From: Chiloscyllium plagiosum
Taxonomy: Eukaryota
Direction of reading: 5' to 3'
Assembly (NCBI RefSeq): GCF_004010195.1
Contig: NC_057732.1
Coordinates: 36,872,607 to 36,936,606, forward strand
Length of the DNA: 64,000 nucleotides
Shown here: piece after piece, positions 52,597 through 64,000 of the stretch
Position numbering within the stretch: position 1 is the stretch's first letter
Layout of the letters: every line of letters begins with the position of its first letter
Made by a program: the position numbers and the translations under genes
The notes under the pieces: generated by a model
The model's database searches: none
Told to the model about the DNA's origin: nothing
The model's input: the letters and a program-made list of their open reading frames with translations, nothing else

Positions 52597-53713
52597 CTAA
52601 AAGAAAACAAAATACATAATAGTGCTGCAGTCTTGAAAGTGAGGAAATGTCAATCATCCATCAAATTCCCCTCTTCCACAATCCATGCAACAGCTACCTC
52701 AGCCTTCCATCAACTGCTAAATAATTAGTCAAAGAAACTGGTCATATCTTTCATTGGTGATGGTGGGATTTTAAGTGCATGCAAATTGATTGTTGTGTCT
52801 GCCTGAATAACAGTAACAGCACTTTGAAAAATAATTCACTAACCATGAAGAACTTTGAAATGGTTTGGCAAAACTTGTTGTATGAATGTAAGCTCTTTCC
52901 TTCTACTTTTGTACTTGTGCCCAAAGCTGAGACAAAGCTGGAAAGATTGCTAACTTCCAAGCTCAGTGATGTACTTGTGCCTATTGTCACAATTTACTCA
53001 CCTTAAACATGCTCCTCCTGCTGTTTCATGAGTCATATAGCTCAGTAGTTCGTAAGGTAATAAAGAAGGGGACACTGGACATTTCGCCAAGTCAAGTGGA
53101 CATAAAGATTATACACTTACAGCATTGAATCCTCAAGTGCCTATGCTGAAAAGCTCACAATCCCAGTCAATAATCAGGATGCTAAAAGCTATCAGCATTT
53201 GACAGAACAAGGTAACCAAAGTAGTGAGAACTAAAACAGTGCTGAACACAGTAGTCTATCAGGCACAGAAGTTGACTGTTGAACTATTGCATTAACTAAC
53301 TCAGTATAGACAGAGGGCCAGGCCAGAGTCAACACTGAAGAGGAGTCATCTGAACTCAAAAATTTAACCTTGCTTTTTCGCTATGGAACCTACCTGATCC
53401 GCTGTGATTTCCAGCATCTGCAGTAATTTGCTCCTGCTAGAGTCTGACTGCTCAATGTAACTTAAAACTAAGGGTGTCATTGCTAGAATTCACATCCCAT
53501 CTAGAAAGCAGACCCCAAATTCCAGGTTTGTACTGCCAGAGTATCAAGCTTCAAGCCAGGGACTCAAATTGCTAAAGTCATCATGCATTGATTCACTGGA
53601 CAGAGGAGATTTTCAGTGACGCCTACTTGCAAACATATCGCAGGAGATGTATGAGGACATGTTTTAATTGGCAAACATGGCTAACTATTAAATCAATATT
53701 TGGGTTTACTTAC

Positions 53714-53730
53714 ATGGCACAAAAGTGTAC
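53714..53730 (-). CDS. IMPDH1: IMPDH1 17-nt alternative microexon (retinal exon 13b homologue; YTFVP)
   Basis: tgtcag|GTACACTTTTGTGCCAT|gtaagt; gives SYTFVPFTRSG versus human retinal SYTFLPFTKSG (recalled). Confidence 0.9.
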
Positions 53731-55445
53731 CTGACATGTGAATGCATGAGTGAAGGAAAGAAAGACAAAGTGTGGATAAAACAGCCATCAAGGCAAAACA
53801 CAGCACTAGCTAAACATGTACCTGAAAGCTACAGAATACCAAGCTGGTACAGCACATGCCCAACAGAACATCTTTCACATCATAATCAAGGCCACTGGTT
53901 TATAGGTTTCATGGACGAGTAAAGAATGGGGAGCCTGATGCATGAACATTAGTCAAGAAAAATAAATCAAAGAATCCCACATAACAGAAGAGTGCAATAA
54001 TTTTGACTCCCCATAAGCCAGTGCCCTTGCTTTGCCCACACATTAATGGCTGGATTCCAGGCACTGTACATGCACTATAGCAAGTCTCTAGAAGCACCAT
54101 ATTGAAAGACGCAGGGTAACTGAATAACTTTCAACACTGTTAGCCATTCAGCAACAGTGTGAGGGTTCTGCCACACACCAGGAAGGGTGAATCCAAGCAC
54201 CATTCAAAATGCTTCGCTTCATCTGAGCAATCCGTGGATGCAGAATAACACAAGTTAAAGGATCACTTCCGTTCCATGGAGTTAGAGGGAAATATTCAGA
54301 TTTGTCCCCATTCTCAGTAAGACTAGCCTTTTCCAAATTTGCTGACAAGCAGTAAATTCTTGCTTGAGTAAATGAGGTTCCATGAAGACAGCTTGGAAGC
54401 AATTGCACATCACGCATTTGTAGCAATTATCAGCAACTTAAAAAGGTAGTTTCTGTGAAGCTGAGAGAATACCAAAATTCCAGAAACTAAGGGAGTCGTG
54501 AAGCAATTGATATATAAAATTAGACAAGTTAATGCTTATTTAGATGTCAAGTATAGTGATAGAACACTTGTCTCTGCATCAGCAGGTCATGGGTTCAAAT
54601 TCCACTTCAGGAACAGGAACAGGAACAGAAACAAAAATATCAGAGTTGACACTTCAATGCCATTCTGAGGAGGACTGTTCACTTAGTTTTAATTTGGATG
54701 AAATAAACCCGACCTGCATTCTCAGATGGATACGATGTCACTAATTAAAAAGGGAAGAGCAGTTAGCACTGGTGTTCGAGTCAATATTTATCCTCTAAGC
54801 AATACTATCAAATACATATTGGTCATTACATTGCTGTCTGCAGGACCTGGTTGTGCTCACACTGACTGTCACATTTTCTACATTGCAACAGTGACTACAA
54901 ATCAATAGGCACTTATCCAGTAGATGACAGAGCCCAGTCAAATTGAAAAGGAGGATTTCAGCCAAATGTGCAACTAAGGCTGAACACAAAGGGGGCAAAC
55001 TTCCAACAGGATGATGAAGAGTAATCTCTTTCATGGATAAGAATCTGTGACATGACAGAAAGGGTGAAGGTTCAGATAAGCTGAGATGGCAGAGAGGGAG
55101 AGGGAGAGATAAAGAGCAAGCTGCTATTGCTGCTGATTTAGATCAGTGCCAAATAGGCTAAACAGCTACATGTGGAACAACAAGGATGAAGGAGTAGATT
55201 GTAGCTAGCTGAAGTAGTTTTAAAATTCCCTAAAAACTGTCTTCCTTGTCTCACCCAAACTGAATTCTGTGACCCACCATAGTCTCGCTGAACAATGTAG
55301 ACTTAGCATCTTACGGAGGGCAAGTGGGGAGGTATTGGACTTCAGACAGTGAACAATCAAGGGGATGGACTGCAGCTAATCCATCACTACAAGCAAAAAT
55401 GAAAATCTAAGCGGGAGAAATGGAAACACATGTTGGGAGACTTAC

Positions 55446-55529
55446 GAATGCAGACCATGCACACCTCCTTCTACCTGAGCGGAGATGGTTCTTTTTTCAA
55501 ACTTCAATTCACCCGAGTACATCATTGAC
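55446..55529 (-). CDS. IMPDH1: IMPDH1 exon ([28 protein letters not shown])
   Basis: 84 nt, boundaries tttcag / gtaagt. Confidence 0.95.
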
Positions 55530-56350
55530 CTGAAAAATAGTAGGGAGGAGGAGAAAGTCAGTAAGAAAGCAAGGGGCTGGAGAAGCCAGGAAAAGGTGCG
55601 CCAGAAAGCAAATCAAAAGAACAGGAAAGGAAGGTAACTTATTTACTGTATATTCTGCAAGCATTTTCACTGCCCAAATTAAAGAGCAATAAAACTGCAT
55701 AATCATCTAAATGTACAAGTTTTCTCTGGTTTCCCTCACAACAATCTTCTGTCTCACTTCCATGAATTATTTATTGTTTAGCACACAGAGTTCACAGACA
55801 GGAAAATGCCAGATGGTCCATAAGCTTGAGAAAGATGGCTAGTGTATTACCAAATGACCAAATATATTCCACAGTTACATCTTAGGGATCCTCGAGTATA
55901 TGGAAAATACTAGAAGAGCCCACAACAATAAAGATAGTAATAGTAAAGTCACCAAATTCCTACCAGACCAAAGGGCTGCTCTCACATTACAGAGAGATGA
56001 CTAGTTTAATTGAAGGGTCACCTCATCTCAGGTGAGGGGAGAAGTTAAGGACTGTCTTTCATGGCAACCTTAGCCAGTGCAGGAATTGGAACCACACTTA
56101 TGGCATCACTCTGCATCACAAACCAGCCAATTTAGCTGACCAAACCACCACGCAACCCCATGACAATAAGGGAAAGTACAGTTGAGAATTAGGTGGACTA
56201 TAACCACAGCACAAAAATAAACTGCTGTCACTGGTTCAGTGTGCCAATCTACAAAAACAATTACCCCTTATCAGTCTTCTATCTTACAGAGAAAACAACA
56301 ATGTTGAGACTAGATAACATATGAAAAGGAACCACAGCTACTAGCTCTCA

Positions 56351-56578
<228 letters not shown>

Positions 56579-56856
56579 CTATAACTGGACAGTGCTGAGA
56601 ACAGCTTACATTATATAGTCCAAATAATCACCCTTTATACAAATGTGCAGTGCTCAAGGAACAAATTTAATGAAGTTAGGCACAAGTTCTATTTGTATCA
56701 TATGATTATTTAGATATTACCAAGGCAGTTACAAGATAGTCTGCAAGATCTTCAGGATTGGGAATTAAACATAGCATGTTACAGAGGTCACCACAGGTTT
56801 AAAAAAAAAAGGATAAGGAGCAGCCTTTGTGATTAAAGATGAAAATGTGTCAATAA

Positions 56857-57177
56857 GGGACAGCAAGGGAGCTCAGTGGTTAGCACTGCTGCTTCACAGC
56901 ACCAGGGTCCCAGGTTGCATTCCAGCCTTGGGTGACTGTCTGTGTGGAGTTTGCACATTCTCCCAGTGTCTGCGTGGGTTTCCTCCAGGTGCTCCATTTC
57001 CTCCCACAATCCAAAGATGTGGGGGCCAGGTGAATTGGCCATGCTAAACTGCCCATAGTGTTAGGTGCATTAGTCAGAGGGAAGTGGGTCTATGTGGGTT
57101 ACTCTTCGGAGGGTCAGTGTGGACTGGTTGGGCCGAAGTGCCTGTTTCCACACTTTAGGGAATCTAATCTAATCTAA
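56857..57177 (+). mobile_element. HE1-like V-SINE
   Basis: GCTCAGTGGTTAGCACTGCTG head, central domain, (TCTAA)n tail. Confidence 0.85.
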
Positions 57178-58445
57178 CCAGTGGTAAACAGACAGACAGA
57201 CTTAACAGAAATGCATTCAACTTCATTAAAAACTTTTCTTTTTAGTATATTCAGTCATGGAATATAGGTTCATTGGCCAGGCCAACATCTATGACTGATC
57301 TCCAATTGCCCAGTGGACAGTTAGGTATAAACCACATTTCTGTGGATTCGGAGTCACGTATAGTCCAGGCCATATTAGGACAGCACTTTCCCTTTCTAAA
57401 AGACTTTATAGTTCACTAGGTGGGCTTTTCTGACTTTTACCAATTGCTTCATAGTCATCATTAGACTCCTAATTCCAGATATTTATTCAATTCAAATTCC
57501 ACCATCTGCCATGGCAGGATTCGAATCAGGGTCCCCAGAACACTTCCAGCATTTCTAGATTAACAGACTAGCAATACCACCACTAGGCCATCCCCTCCTC
57601 TAAATTGTGAGCAGGCCCCGGTAGCAGCTCAAATGAGCAGATTTTATAAATGCAGAGATTTGTAAACTTCACTTTTATTAAATCGAGATCAGAATTGAGT
57701 GAGTCTGGAAATGTTTCCTGCAACAGTTCATCCCAGAAATAACAACCAGCACATTATACAAAAGCAAAATAATGTGAAACATAAATCTGAACAAAAAAAT
57801 TGAAAAACACTGATAACAATCAGATCAGGATACATCTATGGATCAGAACAGTTAACAGGCAACAGTGCAATGTGCTGAATGCTGACCCAGCTCCCAGGTG
57901 AGTGCAGGCCTCACTCCTTGGCCTGTGATTTACATTCACCCAGCTGATTGTAGGAACAGAAAATAGTAGGAGTAGGCCACTCTGCCTTTTGAGCCTACGC
58001 GGTCATTCAATAGGATCATGGCTGATCGTACAATGTTCCTGTTTTCTCCCCATACCCTCCGATCTCTTTAGCCCCATGAACTATATTGAACTGCTCTTGA
58101 AAACATTTAATGTTTTGGCCTTGATTGCCTTCGGTGGCAGAAAATTCCACAGGCTCAGCACTGGGTTAACGCTCCCACACAGGGTCCAGTGCTGCCTCCA
58201 TTCCCAAGATGATACCTGGCACCGTTCATAGCTTTAATTTCATTTTTGGGTTTTAAGTTTGTCCTTTAATATATACAATACAGAAATACAAATCAAACTT
58301 AAAAAGTATGCTTCAATTTTCAAACAAGTTTCTAAACAACAGTAAGAATAACATACCGTGCATCCTCATCACAGTATGCAGAGGCTACCTGTTCTCAGCA
58401 CTCAAATGATAACACTGGTGACAGAACTAGCAGCTCAAGGTCTTA

Positions 58446-58673
<228 letters not shown>

Positions 58674-59388
58674 TTAGACAGAACAAGTGAAAAGGAAAAA
58701 AGGTGTTAATTTATTGAGGTTAATGGCAATTTGCTACTTTCCTGTTGAGTTGATTAAACTCAGTTTTCCACCCTAACTGCATATTATGCAGTGGGTAATC
58801 ATACAGCACAGGTTAAACACAGAAAATATTAAGTACAGAGTAAAGCTTCCTCCACAATCTAGGATAGAGCTGGAATATAAAGCAGACACCCAGTTTCATA
58901 GTTCATTGTGGTAAGAAGGGGAGAATTATTTTCTGACAGTCACAAATCTATGAAATTCTCTTCCCTAGAGAGTAGTGGAAGCAGGGAAACTGATTACGTT
59001 TAAAGGGAGAAGTAAATAGATTCTTGACTAAGAGAGCCAAAGGATATCATGGTTAGCAGGAAAATGAGTTAAAGCCATATGCAGAGCTATATCTTATCAA
59101 ATGGCACAGCAAACTTGATGGACCCAATATCCCACCCACTCCTAATTTGTTTGTTCATAAGTGGCTCACGAACCTTATCACAATGATTGAAATCATTCAA
59201 ATGGTTGTCCCTGCCACTTCCCTCTTAGCCCACCAAGCCAAACCTCAAACTTGCATCTTTCTTACAGCTTATCTTGTATTCTCTCCAAGATCACCTTGAC
59301 CACAAGATTACACAACCTTACCCCACCCCCACCCCCAAATCCCTGGTAACACCTAAACTGCTAACCAGCCAAACTTCTTTTCCTGATC

Positions 59389-59530
59389 AGGCGAAAGTGA
59401 GAACGGCAGATGCTGGAGATCAGAGTCAAGACAAGAGTGGTGCTGGAAAAGCACAGCAGGTCTGGCAGCATCCAAGGAGCAGGGAAAAAAAAATTAAAAA
59501 AAAAAAAACCGACGCTTCGAGCAGGAGCCC
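59389..59530 (-). mobile_element. Penelope-derived short element with a 13-bp TSD and an internal A-run expansion
   Basis: TCTTTTCCTGATC at 59376-59388 and 59531-59543; same family sequence as the 7390 and 49929 elements. Confidence 0.7.
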
Positions 59531-60103
59531 TCTTTTCCTGATCCCCATGTTAGTCCTGTTAACAGTTCCTTCTCCTCTGTTCCCAGCCTTTAAAATCCAT
59601 TATACCTTATCCCAAAAACATACCCTAGAGTCCTCTGTACTTGTATTGCTGACTTTGATCACCTTTCTCTCTCCCAAATCCCTGAACTTAGTTTTACTTC
59701 CCAAAATATGTGTCAATGTTTCTAGCAACTCAGTGTTTGAACGTCTCAAACTCGTCATAGGCCCGAACAGCCTTAAAATTTACAATGCATATGGACATTT
59801 TACATTCTCAACCTCGTTTAAATGACTCCATCACACTGCAATCAGATCCCCCCCAATAACAGTGCCCTGCCTCAGAATCCTGCATCCCTTTTTTTATTAT
59901 GCAATTGGTGTCTTTAGCTGCCAAGCACTTAGCTTTTAAAAATTTCCCCTAAGCCCTGCTACTCATCTTCAAAACCATTAAAACTACTCCTTTGACCAAA
60001 CTCTTGATTAGCCCTCCTATCTCTATTTTGACACCATCTAATGTGAAACTTTTGATAATGGTCATGTGCAAAAGGGTTACTCAAACATTCTTGCTGCTAT
60101 CTA

Positions 60104-60602
<499 letters not shown>

Positions 60603-60697
60603 CAGTTAATGAAGTAGCTCAGTTTCTCCACTTCTTGTGACAGTCTTCAGTTGTCACAGGAATGCTGATATTTGTCACAGGATTGAGCTCCAAAATA

Positions 60698-60869
60698 CAA
60701 AGGAACCTCAATTATTCAAATGACACGGGTGGGGATCATTTTGTTTTGTTAATCGAATTCCGGATAATCGAACTCTGGATAACAGTTTAGCCAAATATTG
60801 GGACATTGCGATCTTGGCGGATAATCCAATATTCGGATAATCAAATGCTGGATAATCCATGTTCCTCTG
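60698..60869. mobile_element. Tc1/mariner(pogo)-type MITE
   Basis: TA flanks at 60696-60697 and 60870-60871; imperfect TIRs CAAAGGAACCTCAATTATTC / GGATAATCCATGTTCCTCTG; repeated internal GGATAA motifs. Confidence 0.7.
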
Positions 60870-62589
60870 TACATAAAACTAGTGAATAACTGTCTTCCAT
60901 TTAAAAGGGTTGCGTGACAAGAGATTTCTCACCTTCCAAGTCCTCACCTAAGAGTCATGAGTCATGACTGCACAGAAATAATTATCCAATTTTGTTTTTT
61001 CAAAATCATTTCTGCTTCCACCACTCATCAAAAGCAAAAAGGTTCTGGATCATTATCACTTGCTGCTTAGAGGAGTGATGAATAGCTATTTCATTAGAGG
61101 AGGAGAGAAGAGGTGAACTCAAACTGTGCAAAGAATATTTTGGACAGCTGATTCAAGCCAAGCCTAAATGAAATATCATATGTTAAATGCACTAACTAAA
61201 TGCAACCTGCTGATGGAACAGCCTGAAGCTTAATACCATCAACACCACAACCAACTTGATCAGTGCCCAAGAGTGAGCTCAGCACCCAGTCCTCAAAAAG
61301 AGTTGCACTGTGTATGATTCACAGGATGGACTGGAGCAATACATCAGGGTTACTTCTACATTATCTCCTTCCCTATAACCATCACCGTCAAACAGAAAAA
61401 GAGCAAACGTTTCATGGGAACTCTACTACCTCCCAGTCACCCTCTCTTCTGAAAAAAACACAATGTTTGCCTACATTTTAAACAGTACTTCAAAAGCAAT
61501 AAATTTGCTGCGAAGGTTTTTGACACGGAGGTCATAAAAGGCATTGTAGAATTATCACTGCTTTGTCTTTTTTTCTATTGATAGTATCAGAGAATGCTCT
61601 GACATCAATAGATTCAAATTCTTGTAATACTAGATACTTAAGCCAAAGCAATGTGTTAACAAAATGATGGCTCAATGGTCACCAGAACATCAAGGCCAAT
61701 GATCGTTATCTGGCAATTGTTGCTGAGACACTCCTGGCTCAGGGCACTCAGAATTCTCAGTCACATGCAATGCTGCTCAAGACCATTCGAAGGATAGCAG
61801 CCGATTTCCTAATTACAGCAGTGGCCATAAAACAACAATCGTCTATTGGCCATAAAACAACGGCACGGTTTCCCAGTTTGCACGTCAGCTAATGCACACC
61901 AGATCAAGGGATCGGTCACATTTAAATCACAATCAATGAATCCCGTGCTGTCTGTTCATCTTAAACTTTTGCCAAGGACATCTACGCAAGTCAATAGGTT
62001 TTTTGCATTTTTAATTAATTCTCAGCTGCCTCAGTTCAGCAGTTTCTTTTTCTATTATTAGCTTGTTTGTGTCAATTTTAAAATGCTTGATCTCTGTTGA
62101 TTGGGCCCATTAGTGCAGCCAGAGCCTGCTGAGAAGTCAGCTAAGAGTGTGTTGGTGTCAGATCATGCATAGCCTTGGAGCTCACTCCGCTGAAAGGTTG
62201 ATGCTGTTGGAGATTAATTGGAGCATTCAAGATAGAGGTTGACAAGAGTTTTGTTGGGGTAGGAAAATATTGAGGAAAGGTGGGTAAATGAAGCAGAGAT
62301 ACAGTTCAGCTGTGATGGAAACTAGTGGCAAATACACTCAAGCAGTGAACTGGTAGCTTTCTGTTTGTATGAAGGAATCAGGATTTCTTCCCTCCCAAAA
62401 TCAACATCATTCAGTGTTGTGAGCTGGAGCCACCAGGGATCAGATCCATAAACCGCTATTACGTGTTGGAACCTTGCATCTAGTACTGGCACGTTCATAA
62501 TACCAAATCTAAATTTGTATTTGGATTCCAATCAGAGGTGAATGGCTTATCTATAATCTGCTCCATGCACTTTAATCTTCTGGCTATTA

Positions 62590-62829
<240 letters not shown>

Positions 62830-63431
62830 TCATTCATTAAATGTGGACATTTGCTGCCCATTCCCAGTTGCCCACAGAGCAATTAGGAGTCTCTCTCATT
62901 GCTGTAAGGTCTGGAGTTCACGTAGGCCACAAGTCACATGTAGGACAGATCAGGGGAGGATGGCAGATTTTCATCCCTAAAGAGGACACAAGTGACCAAA
63001 TGGGTTTTTTGTAACAACTGACAGTGGCTACATGTTTGCTATTAGGCTGGCATTTCATTCCAGAGTTTCACTGAAGTCAAACTTCATCTGCCATGGTGGA
63101 ATTCAAACCCAGAACCTCAGATGTTTCGCTGCTTCTCTACAGCAAGTGTCAGAAGTCAGAATGAGAATTTTCGCTAATTTTTCTCATTTGAACACAAAAA
63201 GAAGATTCAGCCTATCAACTCCATTTGGTCACTTTATATCAACCCAACCATTTAACCTCTGCCCACAGCCACAGTACAATCTGTGTAAGAAATGCAGTGA
63301 AGTAGCAGCCTGGACTGAGGCTCCAGTCTTCAAATGGGGTTCAAACTCATGACTGACAATCGGACAAAGATGAGGGGGAAAGAGACAGACTGGAAAGGAA
63401 TAAAACAGGGCCAGTGTGAATTATTACTTAC

Positions 63432-63522
63432 CATTTCCACCAACAACCTGCAACTCTGGGTACTTCTGTTTAATGTAACGGATCATATTTATCTGGAAGA
63501 CAGAGTTTCCTTGGGATGAATC
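63432..63522 (-). CDS. IMPDH1: IMPDH1 exon ([30 protein letters not shown])
   Basis: 91 nt, boundaries gttttcag / gtaagt. Confidence 0.96.
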
Positions 63523-63856
63523 CTGAAAACAAATGGAACAAAGGATGATTACAAAATCCATTTGAGTCAAATATTCCCCTTTCACCCTGCTTCACAAAGT
63601 TTAATTTCTGTCCATCTGAGAGAGAAGATACAGCCAGATTTCTAATCAACTGAACAACAGTATTTTAGATCTATCCTGCAGCAGAGAGTGAACCTGGAGT
63701 GGGATTTGAATTTATGAACTCCTGGTTCAAATACTAGAGTGCAAAACATTGAGCTGAAAGTTACTGTCAATGCAATTGAATGCAACTCAATCTTAAGATG
63801 TAGTCACAGCCAACCACTGAGGCACTGCTGCCAAAATCTCTCAATCCCAATTCCTA

Positions 63857-64000
<144 letters not shown>

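Noticed and set aside
56857-56930. tRNA gene-like A/B boxes (also at other SINE heads)
   Set aside because: They are SINE heads followed by SINE body and tail; no full cloverleaf.

Overview
Vertebrate genomic DNA, almost certainly from a shark/elasmobranch (HE1-type V-SINEs, HER1/CR1 LINEs with (CTCTATGA)n-like tails, shark-type Penelope elements); the species cannot be fixed from sequence alone. Two spliced genes lie on the minus strand. (1) The 3' half of IMPDH1: eight constitutive coding exons from 64000 to the stop at 52575, plus an intact 17-nt alternative microexon (53714-53730) equivalent to mammalian retinal exon 13b, which frameshifts the last exon into a 37-aa extension. (2) A complete 11-exon, ~652-aa PTPDC1-family dual-specificity phosphatase (32845 to 2669) with an intact HCHAGLGRTG motif but a divergent acid loop, resembling a non-mammalian PTPDC1 paralogue. 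The rest is mostly TE-derived: CR1 LINEs, L2 and L1 fragments, several tRNA-derived SINE families, a TA-flanked MITE, an RPL31 processed pseudogene, and many ~150-220-bp TSD-flanked, often self-inverted Penelope-derived elements with minimal hammerhead ribozyme cores. Exon coordinates were read by hand from splice sites; TE boundaries are approximate. Comparisons to human or fish proteins are from memory, not from database searches.
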